This document shows positions 49,226-59,697 of a stretch of DNA of 64,000 bases, one piece after another (the first letter of the stretch is position 1; every line of letters starts with the position of its first letter). The notes beneath the pieces are model-generated. The model did no database searches, was not told where the DNA came from, and saw only the letters and a program-made list of their open reading frames with translations. This stretch comes from an uncultured delta proteobacterium (GTDB lineage: Bacteria; Desulfobacterota; Desulfuromonadia; Geobacterales; Pseudopelobacteraceae): assembly GCA_963772835.1 (NCBI GenBank), contig CAVYYZ010000003.1:205222-269221 (forward strand), in the 5' to 3' direction. The position numbers and the translations under genes were made by a program.

Positions 49226-49306
49226 TTTCATCAACATAAACGTACGGGTGATGACCGGATATACGTTTGTCTTCACTCACAATGCTGCATAAAAAGGAGA
49301 AGTAAC

Positions 49307-49510
49307 ATGGCAACAGGAACGGTAAAATGGTTTAACGACAGCAAGGGGTTCGGATTTATTGAACAGGAAGATGGCGGACTTGACGTGTTTGTACACTTTT
49401 CAGCGATTTCCGGTGACGGTTTCAAGTCACTTGTCGAGGGTGACAGGGTGTCGTTCAATATAGTGAAAGGTCCAAAAGGGCTTCAGGCGGAAGACGTACA
49501 GAAGGCTTAG
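49307..49510 (+). CDS. cspA: Cold-shock protein
   Basis: GTVKWFN..KGFGFI and VFVHFSAI (RNP1/RNP2). Confidence 0.95.
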   Translation: MATGTVKWFNDSKGFGFIEQEDGGLDVFVHFSAISGDGFKSLVEGDRVSFNIVKGPKGLQAEDVQKA

Positions 49511-49632
49511 TTATTGTTAACCTACTTATTTTATTGCCTTATCAGATCTCGACTAAGCATCAAGCTGAATGGGAAAAACCATTTTTTGCACTCACAACCG
49601 GCAGAGAAAATACCGGGCGGCACTTTGAAGAG

Positions 49633-50454
49633 TTAGCTGGTAATTACTCCTGTATCTCTCAGAAATCCGGCGATAACCCGGTAGAACTGCCGCCAGTCAG
49701 GCGGAAAATCATTATGCCCGCAGGGGAATTCAACCAACCGGGCGTTGGGCGCTGTTCGCTGCAGCAGACGGCTGTGGCCAGGCGGAATAATGGTGTCATC
49801 GCTGCCGTGAAAGAGTAGAATCGGCTGCCGGTATGCGGCAACTACAGCGCTGTTGTCAAACACATCTCTGATGAGAAAACCGGGAGCAAAGAAGCCGCGG
49901 GCAAACGGACGTGTCGAAGTGAAAGTTGATTGCAGGATCAGGGCCGCGCTTGGTCTGCGAGCTGCAAGTGCACAGGCCGCACCTCCTCCCAGCGAACGTC
50001 CGAAGATTACGATCTTTCCCGGATCAACCTCATCGCGCTGTAACACTGCATCGTATGCGGCAACTGCGGCCTCCGTAATACTGCTCTCGGTAGGTTTACC
50101 CGACGAGCGTCCAAAACCGGGATATTCTACCAGCAACACCCCCATTCCCAGCTGACGGAATCCCTCCGCCTGTTCCGGTAGAAAATCGATAACCTCGCCG
50201 TTTCCATGGAAGAAGACCACCAGAGGGCGCCGCTCTCCCGGTTCCAGCTTGAGGGGTGGCATCAGCCACGCCTCGCCACGGCTTGAAGCGCTATCTACCG
50301 TGATTGGAGTTATACCTGCCGGTCGCTGGCTGCTCACCTGAATAGTACGCCCCGGATAGATAATGCTGCGCTGCACCAGAAAAACCAGCAGCGCGTAGCC
50401 CGAATATGCAATACCGGCGAGAGTTAAAAATCGGATCACGAAGTATAATGACAT
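49633..50454 (-). CDS. Alpha/beta hydrolase with N-terminal membrane anchor
   Basis: FFHGNGE, GRSLGG nucleophile elbow, HGSDD and GHND. Confidence 0.9.
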   Translation of the reverse strand: MSLYFVIRFLTLAGIAYSGYALLVFLVQRSIIYPGRTIQVSSQRPAGITPITVDSASSRGEAWLMPPLKLEPGERRPLVVFFHGNGEVIDFLPEQAEGFRQLGMGVLLVEYPGFGRSSGKPTESSITEAAVAAYDAVLQRDEVDPGKIVIFGRSLGGGAACALAARRPSAALILQSTFTSTRPFARGFFAPGFLIRDVFDNSAVVAAYRQPILLFHGSDDTIIPPGHSRLLQRTAPNARLVEFPCGHNDFPPDWRQFYRVIAGFLRDTGVITS

Positions 50455-50498
50455 GGCCTGTCTCCAACGGGCGGTGTACGGATGTAGGAAAGCAAGAG

Positions 50499-51734
50499 TC
50501 AGTGGACAGCGCATGAGATACACGGGTCGTAGCAGCGGATCAGAATTTCGGATGCTTTTCTGACCTGGTCGTACTCTGCTCCATCCATCACTAAAACAAG
50601 TTCTTTCAGCGACTCCGCCATTGCACCCTGATTAATGGCGGTCGGGGTAATAATATCTGCAGCGCGGCAGATACCATCTTTATCAAGACGATAACTATGC
50701 AGGAGAACGCCTCTCGGTGCTTCTATCAGAGATGTTCCCACACCTTCTGCTGCAGCTACCGTGACTGGGGGCTCATTTTTCAGGCCGTCTGCAAGGAGCT
50801 GCCCGATGAGAACGAGTGATCTCTCAACTGCCTGCCTGAGTTCAATTATTCTTGCTTTAAGTGATGACCTGATTGAAGCTCCGGTAAAAAGATATGCATA
50901 TTCAGGTGCTTTTGACAATGAAAGGCGCGCCAGCGGTCCTACCACAAATGGTGCTGTTTCATCGAAGTGACTGACTTTGGCGTGTGAATGCCGCTCAATT
51001 CGCTCGTTCAGCCAGGCGGCGGCGAGATCAGCGGGAAGGATCATTCCGGTCGATGTGGTCAGGGAATCACCGAAGAGAGGAGGCCCACCACTGACTGCAC
51101 AGGAGGGAGACTTTGTCAGCGGAGGCAGCAGGTCATCCAGAGTGAAAAGAAAAGTACTGCCTGCTGATACATCGTCTCCAATTTCCACAAGCTGTTCAGC
51201 CAGTGACTGCAGCTGTGCCGCCTCAGGTATCTTCCCCAAACCTCCGACCAGGAGATTGAACGGGTGGATAGCACGACCTCCGACAATTTCCTGTATCAGA
51301 TTCCCCAGCTTCTTGACCCTGAGTCCCTTCCGCAACATATCCGGTTGATGCTGTGCAAGCTCCTGAATACCGCCCACCCCCAGATAATCAGGTAATGCCA
51401 GGCAGAACAGGTGCAGTGAATGGCTCTCTATCTGTCCCCCCTGTACCGCCAGTTCGCGCAGCAGGGAGGTCTGTCGCGAAACAGCAACCCCCATTGCCTG
51501 CTCAACGGCCTGAAGAGCCGCTACCTTATGAACAGTTGAGCAGATCGAGCAGATTCGGCAGGCGATATCGGCAATCTCGTCATAACGTCTGCCTACCAGC
51601 AGCGCCTCGAAAAGTCGCGGAGATTCATGAAGGTTCAGTGTAGCGTTCACCACCCGCCCACCATCACGGACCAGTTCAACAGAACCGTGCCCCTCCACTC
51701 TTGTCAGTATATCGACTTTACTCACGCTACGCAT
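50499..51734 (-). CDS. Group 3b [NiFe] hydrogenase/sulfhydrogenase large (alpha) subunit
   Basis: TRVEGHG; L1 RICSIC; EAPRG; L2 DPCISCAVH. Confidence 0.92.
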   Translation of the reverse strand: MRSVSKVDILTRVEGHGSVELVRDGGRVVNATLNLHESPRLFEALLVGRRYDEIADIACRICSICSTVHKVAALQAVEQAMGVAVSRQTSLLRELAVQGGQIESHSLHLFCLALPDYLGVGGIQELAQHQPDMLRKGLRVKKLGNLIQEIVGGRAIHPFNLLVGGLGKIPEAAQLQSLAEQLVEIGDDVSAGSTFLFTLDDLLPPLTKSPSCAVSGGPPLFGDSLTTSTGMILPADLAAAWLNERIERHSHAKVSHFDETAPFVVGPLARLSLSKAPEYAYLFTGASIRSSLKARIIELRQAVERSLVLIGQLLADGLKNEPPVTVAAAEGVGTSLIEAPRGVLLHSYRLDKDGICRAADIITPTAINQGAMAESLKELVLVMDGAEYDQVRKASEILIRCYDPCISCAVH

Positions 51735-51736
51735 GG

Positions 51737-52474
51737 TTACCACTCCGGGCAGAAGCGGTGTAACCGCCCCATCACTGTCTGACGGTCAAATCCTTTTTGA
51801 AGATATATTTCAAGCGCTTCCGGTAGATTAGCTTCCGGCACCGGGCCCCTGCACCCCTCACAGGGAACTGACAACCCCGGGCAACGCGCTCCGCATCCGC
51901 CTGAAGTCAATGGACCCAGGCAGAGTGCATCCCGCTCCGTCAGCAGACAGAGATGCTCCCGCATCCGGCATTCTGTGCAGACCGGGTAATCGACTGCGAC
52001 AGGGAGTGCTCCCCGAGCCAATCCAGCGAGCAGCCTGAGCAGCTCTTCCTTTTCCGGCGGGCAGCCGTTAATAGCTGCATCAACCGTCACAATATCACGG
52101 ATCGGCAGCGGCTTCATGCTTTCCCGGACAACCGGATGCCGGTCATATGCCTGACGGAGTAGTTGCCTGCGATCGTCATTATTCCTGAGTGTCGCCACTC
52201 CGCCCCAGGCTGCGCAGGTCCCTAGCGCAATCAGATAATGACTCCTGCTGCGCAACTCAATCAGTAATTCCTTTTCGTGCGGCATGGAGAGACAACCCTC
52301 TATCAGGGCTGCGTCATACCGGCCTTCCAGTTGTGACGGCGAACAGGCCATCGGGAAGAAATGAAACTCAAACTGTTCCAGCAATGCGGGAAGTTCTTCC
52401 TCACAATTCAGCAGTGAAAGCTGACATCCGGAACAGGCCGTTAAACCTGCTATAGCAAGCCTAAGTTTCGTCAT
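51737..52474 (-). CDS. Group 3b hydrogenase small (delta) subunit
   Basis: CSGC, GTCA..GG, GCPP and a Cys-rich C-terminus CLGP...GCGARCP..CEGC. Confidence 0.9.
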   Translation of the reverse strand: MTKLRLAIAGLTACSGCQLSLLNCEEELPALLEQFEFHFFPMACSPSQLEGRYDAALIEGCLSMPHEKELLIELRSRSHYLIALGTCAAWGGVATLRNNDDRRQLLRQAYDRHPVVRESMKPLPIRDIVTVDAAINGCPPEKEELLRLLAGLARGALPVAVDYPVCTECRMREHLCLLTERDALCLGPLTSGGCGARCPGLSVPCEGCRGPVPEANLPEALEIYLQKGFDRQTVMGRLHRFCPEW

Positions 52475-53307
52475 AAGAGCTCCCCTTCAATGCCGGAAAG
52501 GTCTGCATGGCTGAATACCGGTCCATCAACGCAACAGAGGAAATCTCCCACAGCACAATGCCCACAGAGTCCGATACCGCATTTCATGCGTCGCTCCAGA
52601 GAGAGATGAATCCGTTCGTCTGCCATTCCCAATAATCGCAGGCCGGTCACCAGATACGGGTATACGACCGATGGGCCGCATATGGCAGCGCAGGTTCGTG
52701 ATGGAGTGATTACAATCTGGTCCAGCAACGCAGGCAGCAGAGCAATCCGGCAATCCGGAGGTCCTTCCAGACAGTGCCCGGCGTGGTCTACCGCCAGCTG
52801 CAGCTCTATCTCCCCACTCTTTTGCAGAGTCAGCAGCTCATCCAGAAAGAGTAGAGCTCCGGTCTCACGGGCCCCGTATAGAAGGATCACCCGTTCAAAC
52901 TGTGTGCGCTGATTCAAAACAGCCGCAAGGAGCGATCGGAGCGGGGCCATCCCAAGGCCACCTGCGATCAGGAGCAGATCCTGGCCGATATAATCCGGCA
53001 TCGGGAATCCTCTTCCAAAGGGGCCTCGTACACCGACGGCATCCCCCGGAACGGCTCCCTTCAGAGTTTTCGTTACGTGCCCGACATGCCGTATGCAGAG
53101 TTCAATGATCCCGTCTCTGGATGGATAGCCGCAATATGATATCGGTATCTCACCGACTCCCGGAAGGGAAAGTTCCAAAAATTGACCGGGAAGAAATGCA
53201 GCGGCAACGGAATCATCCGATCCGGTGTTGAGTGTATACATCGAAGTATCGGCGGTCAATGCACGGTTATCCAAAATAACCGCCGGAATTGGAAGTGAAC
53301 GGTTCAC
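52471..53307 (-). CDS. Group 3b hydrogenase gamma subunit (FAD/NAD(P)-binding, 2Fe-2S)
   Basis: RGPFGRGF, AGGLGMAP, ICGP and ERRMKCGIGLCGHC..C..GPVF. Confidence 0.9.
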   Translation of the reverse strand: MNRSLPIPAVILDNRALTADTSMYTLNTGSDDSVAAAFLPGQFLELSLPGVGEIPISYCGYPSRDGIIELCIRHVGHVTKTLKGAVPGDAVGVRGPFGRGFPMPDYIGQDLLLIAGGLGMAPLRSLLAAVLNQRTQFERVILLYGARETGALLFLDELLTLQKSGEIELQLAVDHAGHCLEGPPDCRIALLPALLDQIVITPSRTCAAICGPSVVYPYLVTGLRLLGMADERIHLSLERRMKCGIGLCGHCAVGDFLCCVDGPVFSHADLSGIEGELL

Positions 53308-54293
53308 GGCACACCACCCTTCATCCTCTCCGCCAGAGGACGCAGGTCAAGACCGGCCGGACAGAAGGATCTGCATCTGCCGCACCCGACACATGATGGA
53401 ATCCCCTGCAGCGGACCAAAACCACGATATTTATGGCGGTAGCGATACCGGAAGCGTTCTGCGCGATCCTTCCGGAAACTGATACCTCCCGCCACCTCTG
53501 CAAAGCTTTTGCTCAGACAGTTATCCCATTGCCGTATCCTGGTGGCTGTGCAGCCATCAAAACATGCAAACTCCTGAACATCAAAACAGTAGCAGGTGGG
53601 GCAGCAGAGAGAGCATGCACCGCATCCGAGACAATGATCAGAAAGTTCCTGCCACTCCGGGATCCCTGCATCCGGTTCTCTGCCCGGTCTGCCTGAAAGT
53701 GGCTGACCGAAGAAACTGCGGGTATCTTCAGGTGTCGCGATGTCCCGTTCTTCAAAGAGGTTCTGTGCTGATTCAATAAGTTCATCCCCGCAGGGAGAGC
53801 CGCTGGTGACGGCATAACCACCATCGACGACGGTGAAGAACAGGTCAGATGCAGCGGGCAATGATGACGGGGAGCGATGGCACGAGCAGAATTCATCCGG
53901 GGTGCAGGATATCCCGATCAGCATCAGATCGGAGCGCCGTGCTGAATAAATCGGGTCGGGGGCTTCACCGAGAAAAACCTGGTCAAGGTACTGTATTGCC
54001 GCCAGATCGCACGGGTGGAGCCCGAAGAGAATCGTCGGCCTGACCCCCTCGATATGATGATGATAACCATCTGCAGGCGAATAGGAGAGAATGGTTTCCT
54101 GGGGGTGCAGCAGATATTTTTTGGGGGGTATTTGTGTGCGGAGTGAGGCCAGATCAGGAGGTCTGCCAGGGGAAAGTGCTAAGAAACGGACTACTCCGTC
54201 GTCTCCACGAACAGGGCCGTGCAGATCGCCATGCAGCTGAAGTAACTCTAAAAGAGCGTCAAAATTCTTATGTGCCATAAACCGGACAACCAT
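53304..54293 (-). CDS. Group 3b hydrogenase beta subunit (4Fe-4S, AsrA-like)
   Basis: CLGCGACSLCCPTCYCF and CVGCGRCRSFCP clusters. Confidence 0.88.
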   Translation of the reverse strand: MVVRFMAHKNFDALLELLQLHGDLHGPVRGDDGVVRFLALSPGRPPDLASLRTQIPPKKYLLHPQETILSYSPADGYHHHIEGVRPTILFGLHPCDLAAIQYLDQVFLGEAPDPIYSARRSDLMLIGISCTPDEFCSCHRSPSSLPAASDLFFTVVDGGYAVTSGSPCGDELIESAQNLFEERDIATPEDTRSFFGQPLSGRPGREPDAGIPEWQELSDHCLGCGACSLCCPTCYCFDVQEFACFDGCTATRIRQWDNCLSKSFAEVAGGISFRKDRAERFRYRYRHKYRGFGPLQGIPSCVGCGRCRSFCPAGLDLRPLAERMKGGVP

Positions 54294-54412
54294 ACGCGCC
54301 GCCTTGATATCGGACCGTATTTTCAGATGTTTAATCAGGCGAAAACCGTAGTCAACATGCAAACCTCACTGGATAATTACGGAGGTCTTGCACACGCAGA
54401 ATTATCCATTCT

Positions 54413-54847
54413 TCAGCCACCATAGCATTTTTTTGCCATCGTTGCCACCAACAGTGAGACAGTCAATGACGATGCCAAAATCATGATCGAGACCATCACA
54501 CCGCTAAGGAGAACCGGATTTATAATAAGGACGATGCCGAGTCCGAGCATCATAGAGCCTGATACACGTTTCAAGACTCTTCCCTGCCACTCTGACAACT
54601 GCCGTTTCCCAAGCGTAACTGTGAAGCCGAGAACAATAATGAATAACGGTATGGCGTAAATAATTGAGTAGAGGATGAGGTACAGATAATACGCCGAGGT
54701 CGTAAGATTACTCAGTGTTAGAATCCTCGTGAAGAGAATCGGGACTGCAGTCGGAGCTCATTTCAACTCTCGACACAAAGGATCTGCACTGAGTGCCGGT
54801 ATGCCGGAAAATAGTAAACAGACAATCAAAAACAGACCTGACTTCAT
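54413..54847 (-). pseudogene. Remnant of a membrane protein: signal peptide, in-frame TGA, then C-terminal TM bundle
   Basis: ATG 54847 gives MKSGLFLIVCLLFSGIPALSADPLCRELK, TGA 54758-54760, then in frame PILFTRILTL..YYLYLILY..LSEWQGRVLK..SGSMMLGLG. Confidence 0.55.
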
Positions 54848-54880
54848 TCGATCTGCCCCTTAGGAAATCCCGGCCTTATA

Positions 54881-55189
54881 CTACTTGAGTATGCCGCGAA
54901 CTTTCATGGAATCACAGGGATTATCCTGCATGACAGGGAGTTTAACGCCGTTTACAGTGGCTCGCTCTTCCATTTTCTTATGGTGGCTGTCAATATATTC
55001 TTTACAGGCGTTATAGTCGGTGAATTTTCCCAACCTGGCCTGGTGTTCTTTGCGCTCATCGGGAGACATTATCTGCCAGCCATAGGTGTTGTCCCGATTG
55101 CATGTCCAACACCATTGATGTGCAGTGGATAATGAAGTGACCATGGAAATTGAGAGAATGAGAGCATACATTGTGAGGAGTCGTTTCAT
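54881..55189 (-). CDS. Small exported hypothetical protein
   Basis: AAAGGA RBS; signal-peptide-like start MKRLLTMYALILSIS..; GWQIMSPDER helical region with Cys residues. Confidence 0.65.
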   Translation of the reverse strand: MKRLLTMYALILSISMVTSLSTAHQWCWTCNRDNTYGWQIMSPDERKEHQARLGKFTDYNACKEYIDSHHKKMEERATVNGVKLPVMQDNPCDSMKVRGILK

Positions 55190-55530
55190 CCTGTTTCCTT
55201 TCTGTAAGGCTAAATATATTGCTATAGGCATTGCAACCGTCACGAATCGTGCCAAATTACACCGCATAAAACTTTAAAAAACAGGATGTTGAGTTGATCA
55301 GAATAATAGTGAGTGTTACTATTTTAGCGGGTATGATTGGTGCCAGAGGCGGAAACATGTTGCAGTGTGAACTCTCCTTGAATGTTAATAATTTTACATT
55401 GTGCAGTTTTATATGAATATTTTCTTGCGTATTTCTATGCACGGAAGGGAAAAGTATAGTCGGTTGCATCAAAATCCGGTTATGATAGTCTATAGAAGAT
55501 GCGTTAAATAAATTAACAGGGAGGAATATC

Positions 55531-55827
55531 ATGTTGGAGATACTCGAAAAGGCAGTAATGACGACTATCGGTGTTGCATCTATTACCCAGAAGAAGGCTG
55601 AAGAACTGGTGGCAGAAATGAAGGAGCGCTTTAAACTGAGTGAAGATGAGGGAAAGCAGCTGGTTGACAGGATTCAGGCCATTGTCAATGAAAGCAGGGA
55701 GAGAGTCATGAATATGGCCGAACTCGAAGTCAAGAGGGCAGTAGAAAAACTGGGGCTGGTTTCTCAAGAAGAGTTCGACCGGCTTGCCAAACGGGTTCAG
55801 GAACTGGAATCTCGCGGTAACGACTAA
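55531..55827 (+). CDS. Phasin/granule-associated family coiled-coil protein
   Basis: GGAGG RBS; IG...ITQKKAEELV.E..LS.DEG..LGLVS.EEFD.L..RV..LE pattern. Confidence 0.75.
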   Translation: MLEILEKAVMTTIGVASITQKKAEELVAEMKERFKLSEDEGKQLVDRIQAIVNESRERVMNMAELEVKRAVEKLGLVSQEEFDRLAKRVQELESRGND

Positions 55828-55832
55828 TAAGT

Positions 55833-57518
55833 ATGTTTAAATATCTTCGTATTAACAGGAACTTCCGTAGCATCAGGCGCTATTTAAACATTGTTCGTGT
55901 GCTCAGCACCTATGGCTTTGATCAGGTCCTTGAAATGCTGGGGCTTATCGATATGGTGTCGCGAAGCCGGAGGTTATTCCGCAGCTCGAAGCCTGATATT
56001 GCTCGACTTACGGCTGCAGAGCGCATGCGTCTTGCATTGGAGGAGCTTGGGCCTACTTTTATCAAATTAGGGCAGATCCTCTCTACCAGGCCAGATGTAA
56101 TCCCTCTCGCTTTTGTCATTGAATTTGAAAAGCTACAGGACAATGTCCCCTCTTTTTCGTTTGAAGAGGTGGTCACCCAGATAACTGAAGAACTGGGAGG
56201 CCCCGTCGATCAGTTTTATGCGGAAATTGATCCTGTTCCCCTGGCGGCAGCATCGATTGCACAGGTCCATAGAGCACGATTGAGGACGGGTGAGGAGGTG
56301 GCAATCAAAGTGCGCCGCCCCGGCGTTATCGCAGTGGTGGAGTCTGATATCGGTGCATTGATGGCGCTGGCCGGTCTTGCAGAACGTCACTTGCCCGGCA
56401 GTGAAATCTACGACCCTGTTGGTATTGTGCGTGAATTTGCCCGCACGATTCGCAGGGAGATGGATTTTACCCGTGAAGGGCACACGATCGATAAATTCCG
56501 TAGCAATTTCGTCAAAACGCCATGGATGTATTTTCCCCGAGTTTACAGGGAATACAGCTCCCGTGGAATTCTAACAATGGAATTCGTTGAAGGTATCAAA
56601 GTTTCCGACAGGGAAAAGCTTATCGACCAGGGACTTGATGTTCAACTGATTGCCCGTCGCGGTGCGGATTCCTTTCTTGAGATGGTTCTTAATCACGGTT
56701 TTTTTCATGGGGATCTGCATCCCGGGAATGTCCTGATCCTTCCGGACAACGTTATCTGTCTGCTTGATTACGGTATCGTCGGACGTCTTGATGAGGATCT
56801 CAAATCTTTTCTGATCAATGTGCTGGCGGCAATCGTTAATCGGGATACTGACGAGATGGTGTCACTTCTTCACTTTGCCGGCGACATCTCAGAGAGCCTG
56901 GATGTACTCGCTCTTAAAAGGGATCTGTTCAACTTCATTGATAGCTACTACGAAATTCCCCTTAAAGAGATTGAAGTTGGTCGCATGTTGATGGAGTTCA
57001 TCGAGATTATTACTCTCTACAACATCAGAATTTCTCCCGACCTGATGCTGTTAATTAAGTCACTTGTGTTGATAGAAGGTATGGGGCGATCACTGGACCC
57101 GGCATTCGACATGGTGGATAATCTGCGACCCTACATCATAAAGGCGCTTCGACAGAAAATGTCTCCTCTGCGTATATCGCGTGATATAAACAAAACTGTT
57201 TCTTCATATCTGAACCTGGCGCGGAACATCCCCCGCGATTTGAAGGAGATTATTAATCGTATTAACCGCAACAAATTCAAGATAGACCTGGAACATCGAG
57301 GTCTGGATAAATTCACCGCCGATTTTGATCGTTCTATCAATCGCCTTTCAACCAGCATGATATTGGCTGCCATGATAATCGGCTCCTCGATTATCATGCA
57401 GACTGATAAAGGACCGAAAGTGCTGGACGTTCCAGTGCTTGCTTTTATGGGGTACACAGTGGCGGGGATTGTCGGACTCTGGCTTGTATATGCGATTATT
57501 CGATCCGGCAGGATGTGA
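55833..57518 (+). CDS. ABC1/UbiB family atypical kinase
   Basis: [34 protein letters not shown] and DYG; C-terminal TM pair. Confidence 0.92.
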   Translation: MFKYLRINRNFRSIRRYLNIVRVLSTYGFDQVLEMLGLIDMVSRSRRLFRSSKPDIARLTAAERMRLALEELGPTFIKLGQILSTRPDVIPLAFVIEFEKLQDNVPSFSFEEVVTQITEELGGPVDQFYAEIDPVPLAAASIAQVHRARLRTGEEVAIKVRRPGVIAVVESDIGALMALAGLAERHLPGSEIYDPVGIVREFARTIRREMDFTREGHTIDKFRSNFVKTPWMYFPRVYREYSSRGILTMEFVEGIKVSDREKLIDQGLDVQLIARRGADSFLEMVLNHGFFHGDLHPGNVLILPDNVICLLDYGIVGRLDEDLKSFLINVLAAIVNRDTDEMVSLLHFAGDISESLDVLALKRDLFNFIDSYYEIPLKEIEVGRMLMEFIEIITLYNIRISPDLMLLIKSLVLIEGMGRSLDPAFDMVDNLRPYIIKALRQKMSPLRISRDINKTVSSYLNLARNIPRDLKEIINRINRNKFKIDLEHRGLDKFTADFDRSINRLSTSMILAAMIIGSSIIMQTDKGPKVLDVPVLAFMGYTVAGIVGLWLVYAIIRSGRM

Positions 57519-57546
57519 ATGCTTTTTCGGCGACTCTGTGACAATG

Positions 57547-58557
57547 TTACAGACTGATACCTGATATGAAAGCCCCACAATCCGGGCATGTTCCATTGAT
57601 GACTCTATTAGTCTTGATAGAATACCCGTAGCGTTTTATTAGCATGGTCGAGCATGATGGGCAGTGGGTGTTTTCACCACCAACACCGGGTACATTTCCT
57701 TCGTAAATATAATTCAATCCGGCGGCGGAACCTATGTTTCTCGCCCGTCGCAGCGTTTCGACGGGAGTCCTCGGGAGATTGGTTAATTTGTACGTGGGAT
57801 AGAATTGACTTATATGCCAGGGGGTGTCGATACCCAGGTTGGCTACGATGAATTCTGCTATGCTTTTCAACTCTCTGTCGGAGTCGTTAAGTCCCGGTAT
57901 GAGGAGAGTTGTGAGTTCAATCCAGATGCCCTGATTTCGATATTCGATTATCGAGTCGAGCACCTCGGCCAGTCTCGCGTGGATAAAGTTGCTATAAAAT
58001 TCCTCATTATATCCTTTCAGGTCGATATTTGCCGCATCAAGAAACGGTGCGATCGCTGTTAATGCCTCCTTGCTTATGTATCCGTTGGTAACGAAAATAT
58101 TTTTCAAACCGGCTTCCTGTGCGAGACGGGCGGTGTCGTATGCAAACTCGAAAAAAATCGTCGGTTCAGTGTAGGTATAGGCAATAGAGCTGCAATTGTT
58201 TTCGATTGCCAACTGCACAATTTCTTGAGGTGTCTGCTCTGTTCCATGTACGGGTATGTTTTTTCCAACCTGTGAAATGGTGTAGTTCTGACAATGATGG
58301 CAACGAAAATTACATCCCATCGTGGCGATTGAGAACGTTTTACTTCCAGGCATTACGTGAAATAATGGTTTTTTTTCTATGGGGTCCACATTTGCGGCAC
58401 AGATTTTTCCGTATACAAGGCTGTAGAGGATGCCGCCGTGATTTTCGCGAACGGAGCAGATGCCGCAACTCCCGTCATCTATCAGGCACCTGAAGCGGCA
58501 CAGGCCACAGCGGACCTCGTTATTGTCCTGCCGTTTATAAAACCGGGCTTCTTTCAT
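57547..58557 (-). CDS. amrS: AmmeMemoRadiSam system radical SAM enzyme
   Basis: C..C...C..G.C.VR, DPIEKKPLFH, GCNFRCHHCQN and YTYTEP. Confidence 0.92.
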   Translation of the reverse strand: MKEARFYKRQDNNEVRCGLCRFRCLIDDGSCGICSVRENHGGILYSLVYGKICAANVDPIEKKPLFHVMPGSKTFSIATMGCNFRCHHCQNYTISQVGKNIPVHGTEQTPQEIVQLAIENNCSSIAYTYTEPTIFFEFAYDTARLAQEAGLKNIFVTNGYISKEALTAIAPFLDAANIDLKGYNEEFYSNFIHARLAEVLDSIIEYRNQGIWIELTTLLIPGLNDSDRELKSIAEFIVANLGIDTPWHISQFYPTYKLTNLPRTPVETLRRARNIGSAAGLNYIYEGNVPGVGGENTHCPSCSTMLIKRYGYSIKTNRVINGTCPDCGAFISGISL

Positions 58558-59272
58558 CTTCTTTACCCTTAATAGATCTGTCAGCGTAGATATTCTGAAA
58601 CAACTCTTCGTGTAATGTGCATCTCGACATCTGCCGGTATAACACTATAATACGATTTAATTATACCACTTTACATATATTATTCCGGCATGAAACATGA
58701 ATTGAAATTATTTCGGAATCGATACAGTGGGGGAGGGTGACGTTATATTCGGAATCTACTAAGTCCTCACGCGTATGTGGTCTCCACGCCTAAAATATCC
58801 AATTTATCAGTGGAATTATATACATGATGCAGTTAAAGCGTAAAAACGACGATTGGAATGATGATTGGTGACAGCAGCAGAGGTGGTACGACAAAATATC
58901 TACCACACTTAAAAAAATGGAAAAAGGTCACAGGATACCACACAGTTTGAATGCCTATTAAGACAAGAGAGGAATCAGAGGCGTAGCATATTGTTCTTGT
59001 AGCGCCGTTTTCAGCAGCAAACGCTTGTATTTAGAAGATGCCGGAATTAATAGTCAGAATGGACTTGAACATGTCTGTCCTGCATGTCGACGGATAGCTG
59101 AATGTAACTCTGCTTGAATTGTATCACTCTGAGGCACATGTATCAGCGTGTAGTTTCTGAAAAAAGTACAAATCAACCGCACCTACTTAATTATTAAATA
59201 ACAGGAGGTCGCAGAACACAGCATACATGTAGCACCCATATATTAGCACCAATATATTATGTCAAGTGTTGT

Positions 59273-59300
59273 ACTTGACATAATATATCTTATGGGACAT
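59273..59300 (-). other. Probable chromosomal dif site (XerC/XerD)
   Basis: Minus strand ATGTCCCATAA-GATATA-TTATGTCAAGT has the 11-6-11 layout of E. coli dif GGTGCGCATAA-TGTATA-TTATGTTAAAT and lies in a long AT-rich intergenic gap. Confidence 0.78.
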
Positions 59301-59396
59301 ATGTGAAAAGCATAATACAATTGTCTTGCATTTTCAGGATACTGCCAGTAATGTATCGAAGTCGTATTAAACGTACTATGAGGAGCAGGTTAACGT

Positions 59397-59615
59397 ATGA
59401 GTAAAGAAGAGGCAATTGAAGTTGAAGGCACTGTAATAGAACCACTACCGAACGCAATGTTCCGGGTTAAACTTGAAAACGAACATGTGGTACTTGCACA
59501 TATTTCGGGTAAAATGCGCAAATATTTTATCAAGATTTTACCTGGCGATAAGGTAACTGTCGAACTTTCTCCTTACGATCTCACCCGTGGCAGAATTACC
59601 TATCGCGCCAAATAA
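59397..59615 (+). CDS. infA: Translation initiation factor IF-1
   Basis: [36 protein letters not shown]. Confidence 0.98.
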   Translation: MSKEEAIEVEGTVIEPLPNAMFRVKLENEHVVLAHISGKMRKYFIKILPGDKVTVELSPYDLTRGRITYRAK

Positions 59616-59697
59616 ACTGCCAAATTTCCGACTGATATGAACAGGCCGTCCATTCTGGAGGGCTTGTGTTGTTTAAAATACACTGTGCGAGGAAAAT

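Noticed and set aside
54758..54760. In-frame TGA as selenocysteine (also considered TGA 10487)
   Set aside because: No redox-motif context or convincing SECIS hairpin. At 10487 the continuation is in another frame. Deletion remnants explain both more simply.
58560..59230. tRNA, sRNA or coding gene in the long intergenic gap before dif
   Set aside because: No cloverleaf, known RNA motif or credible ORF could be seen.
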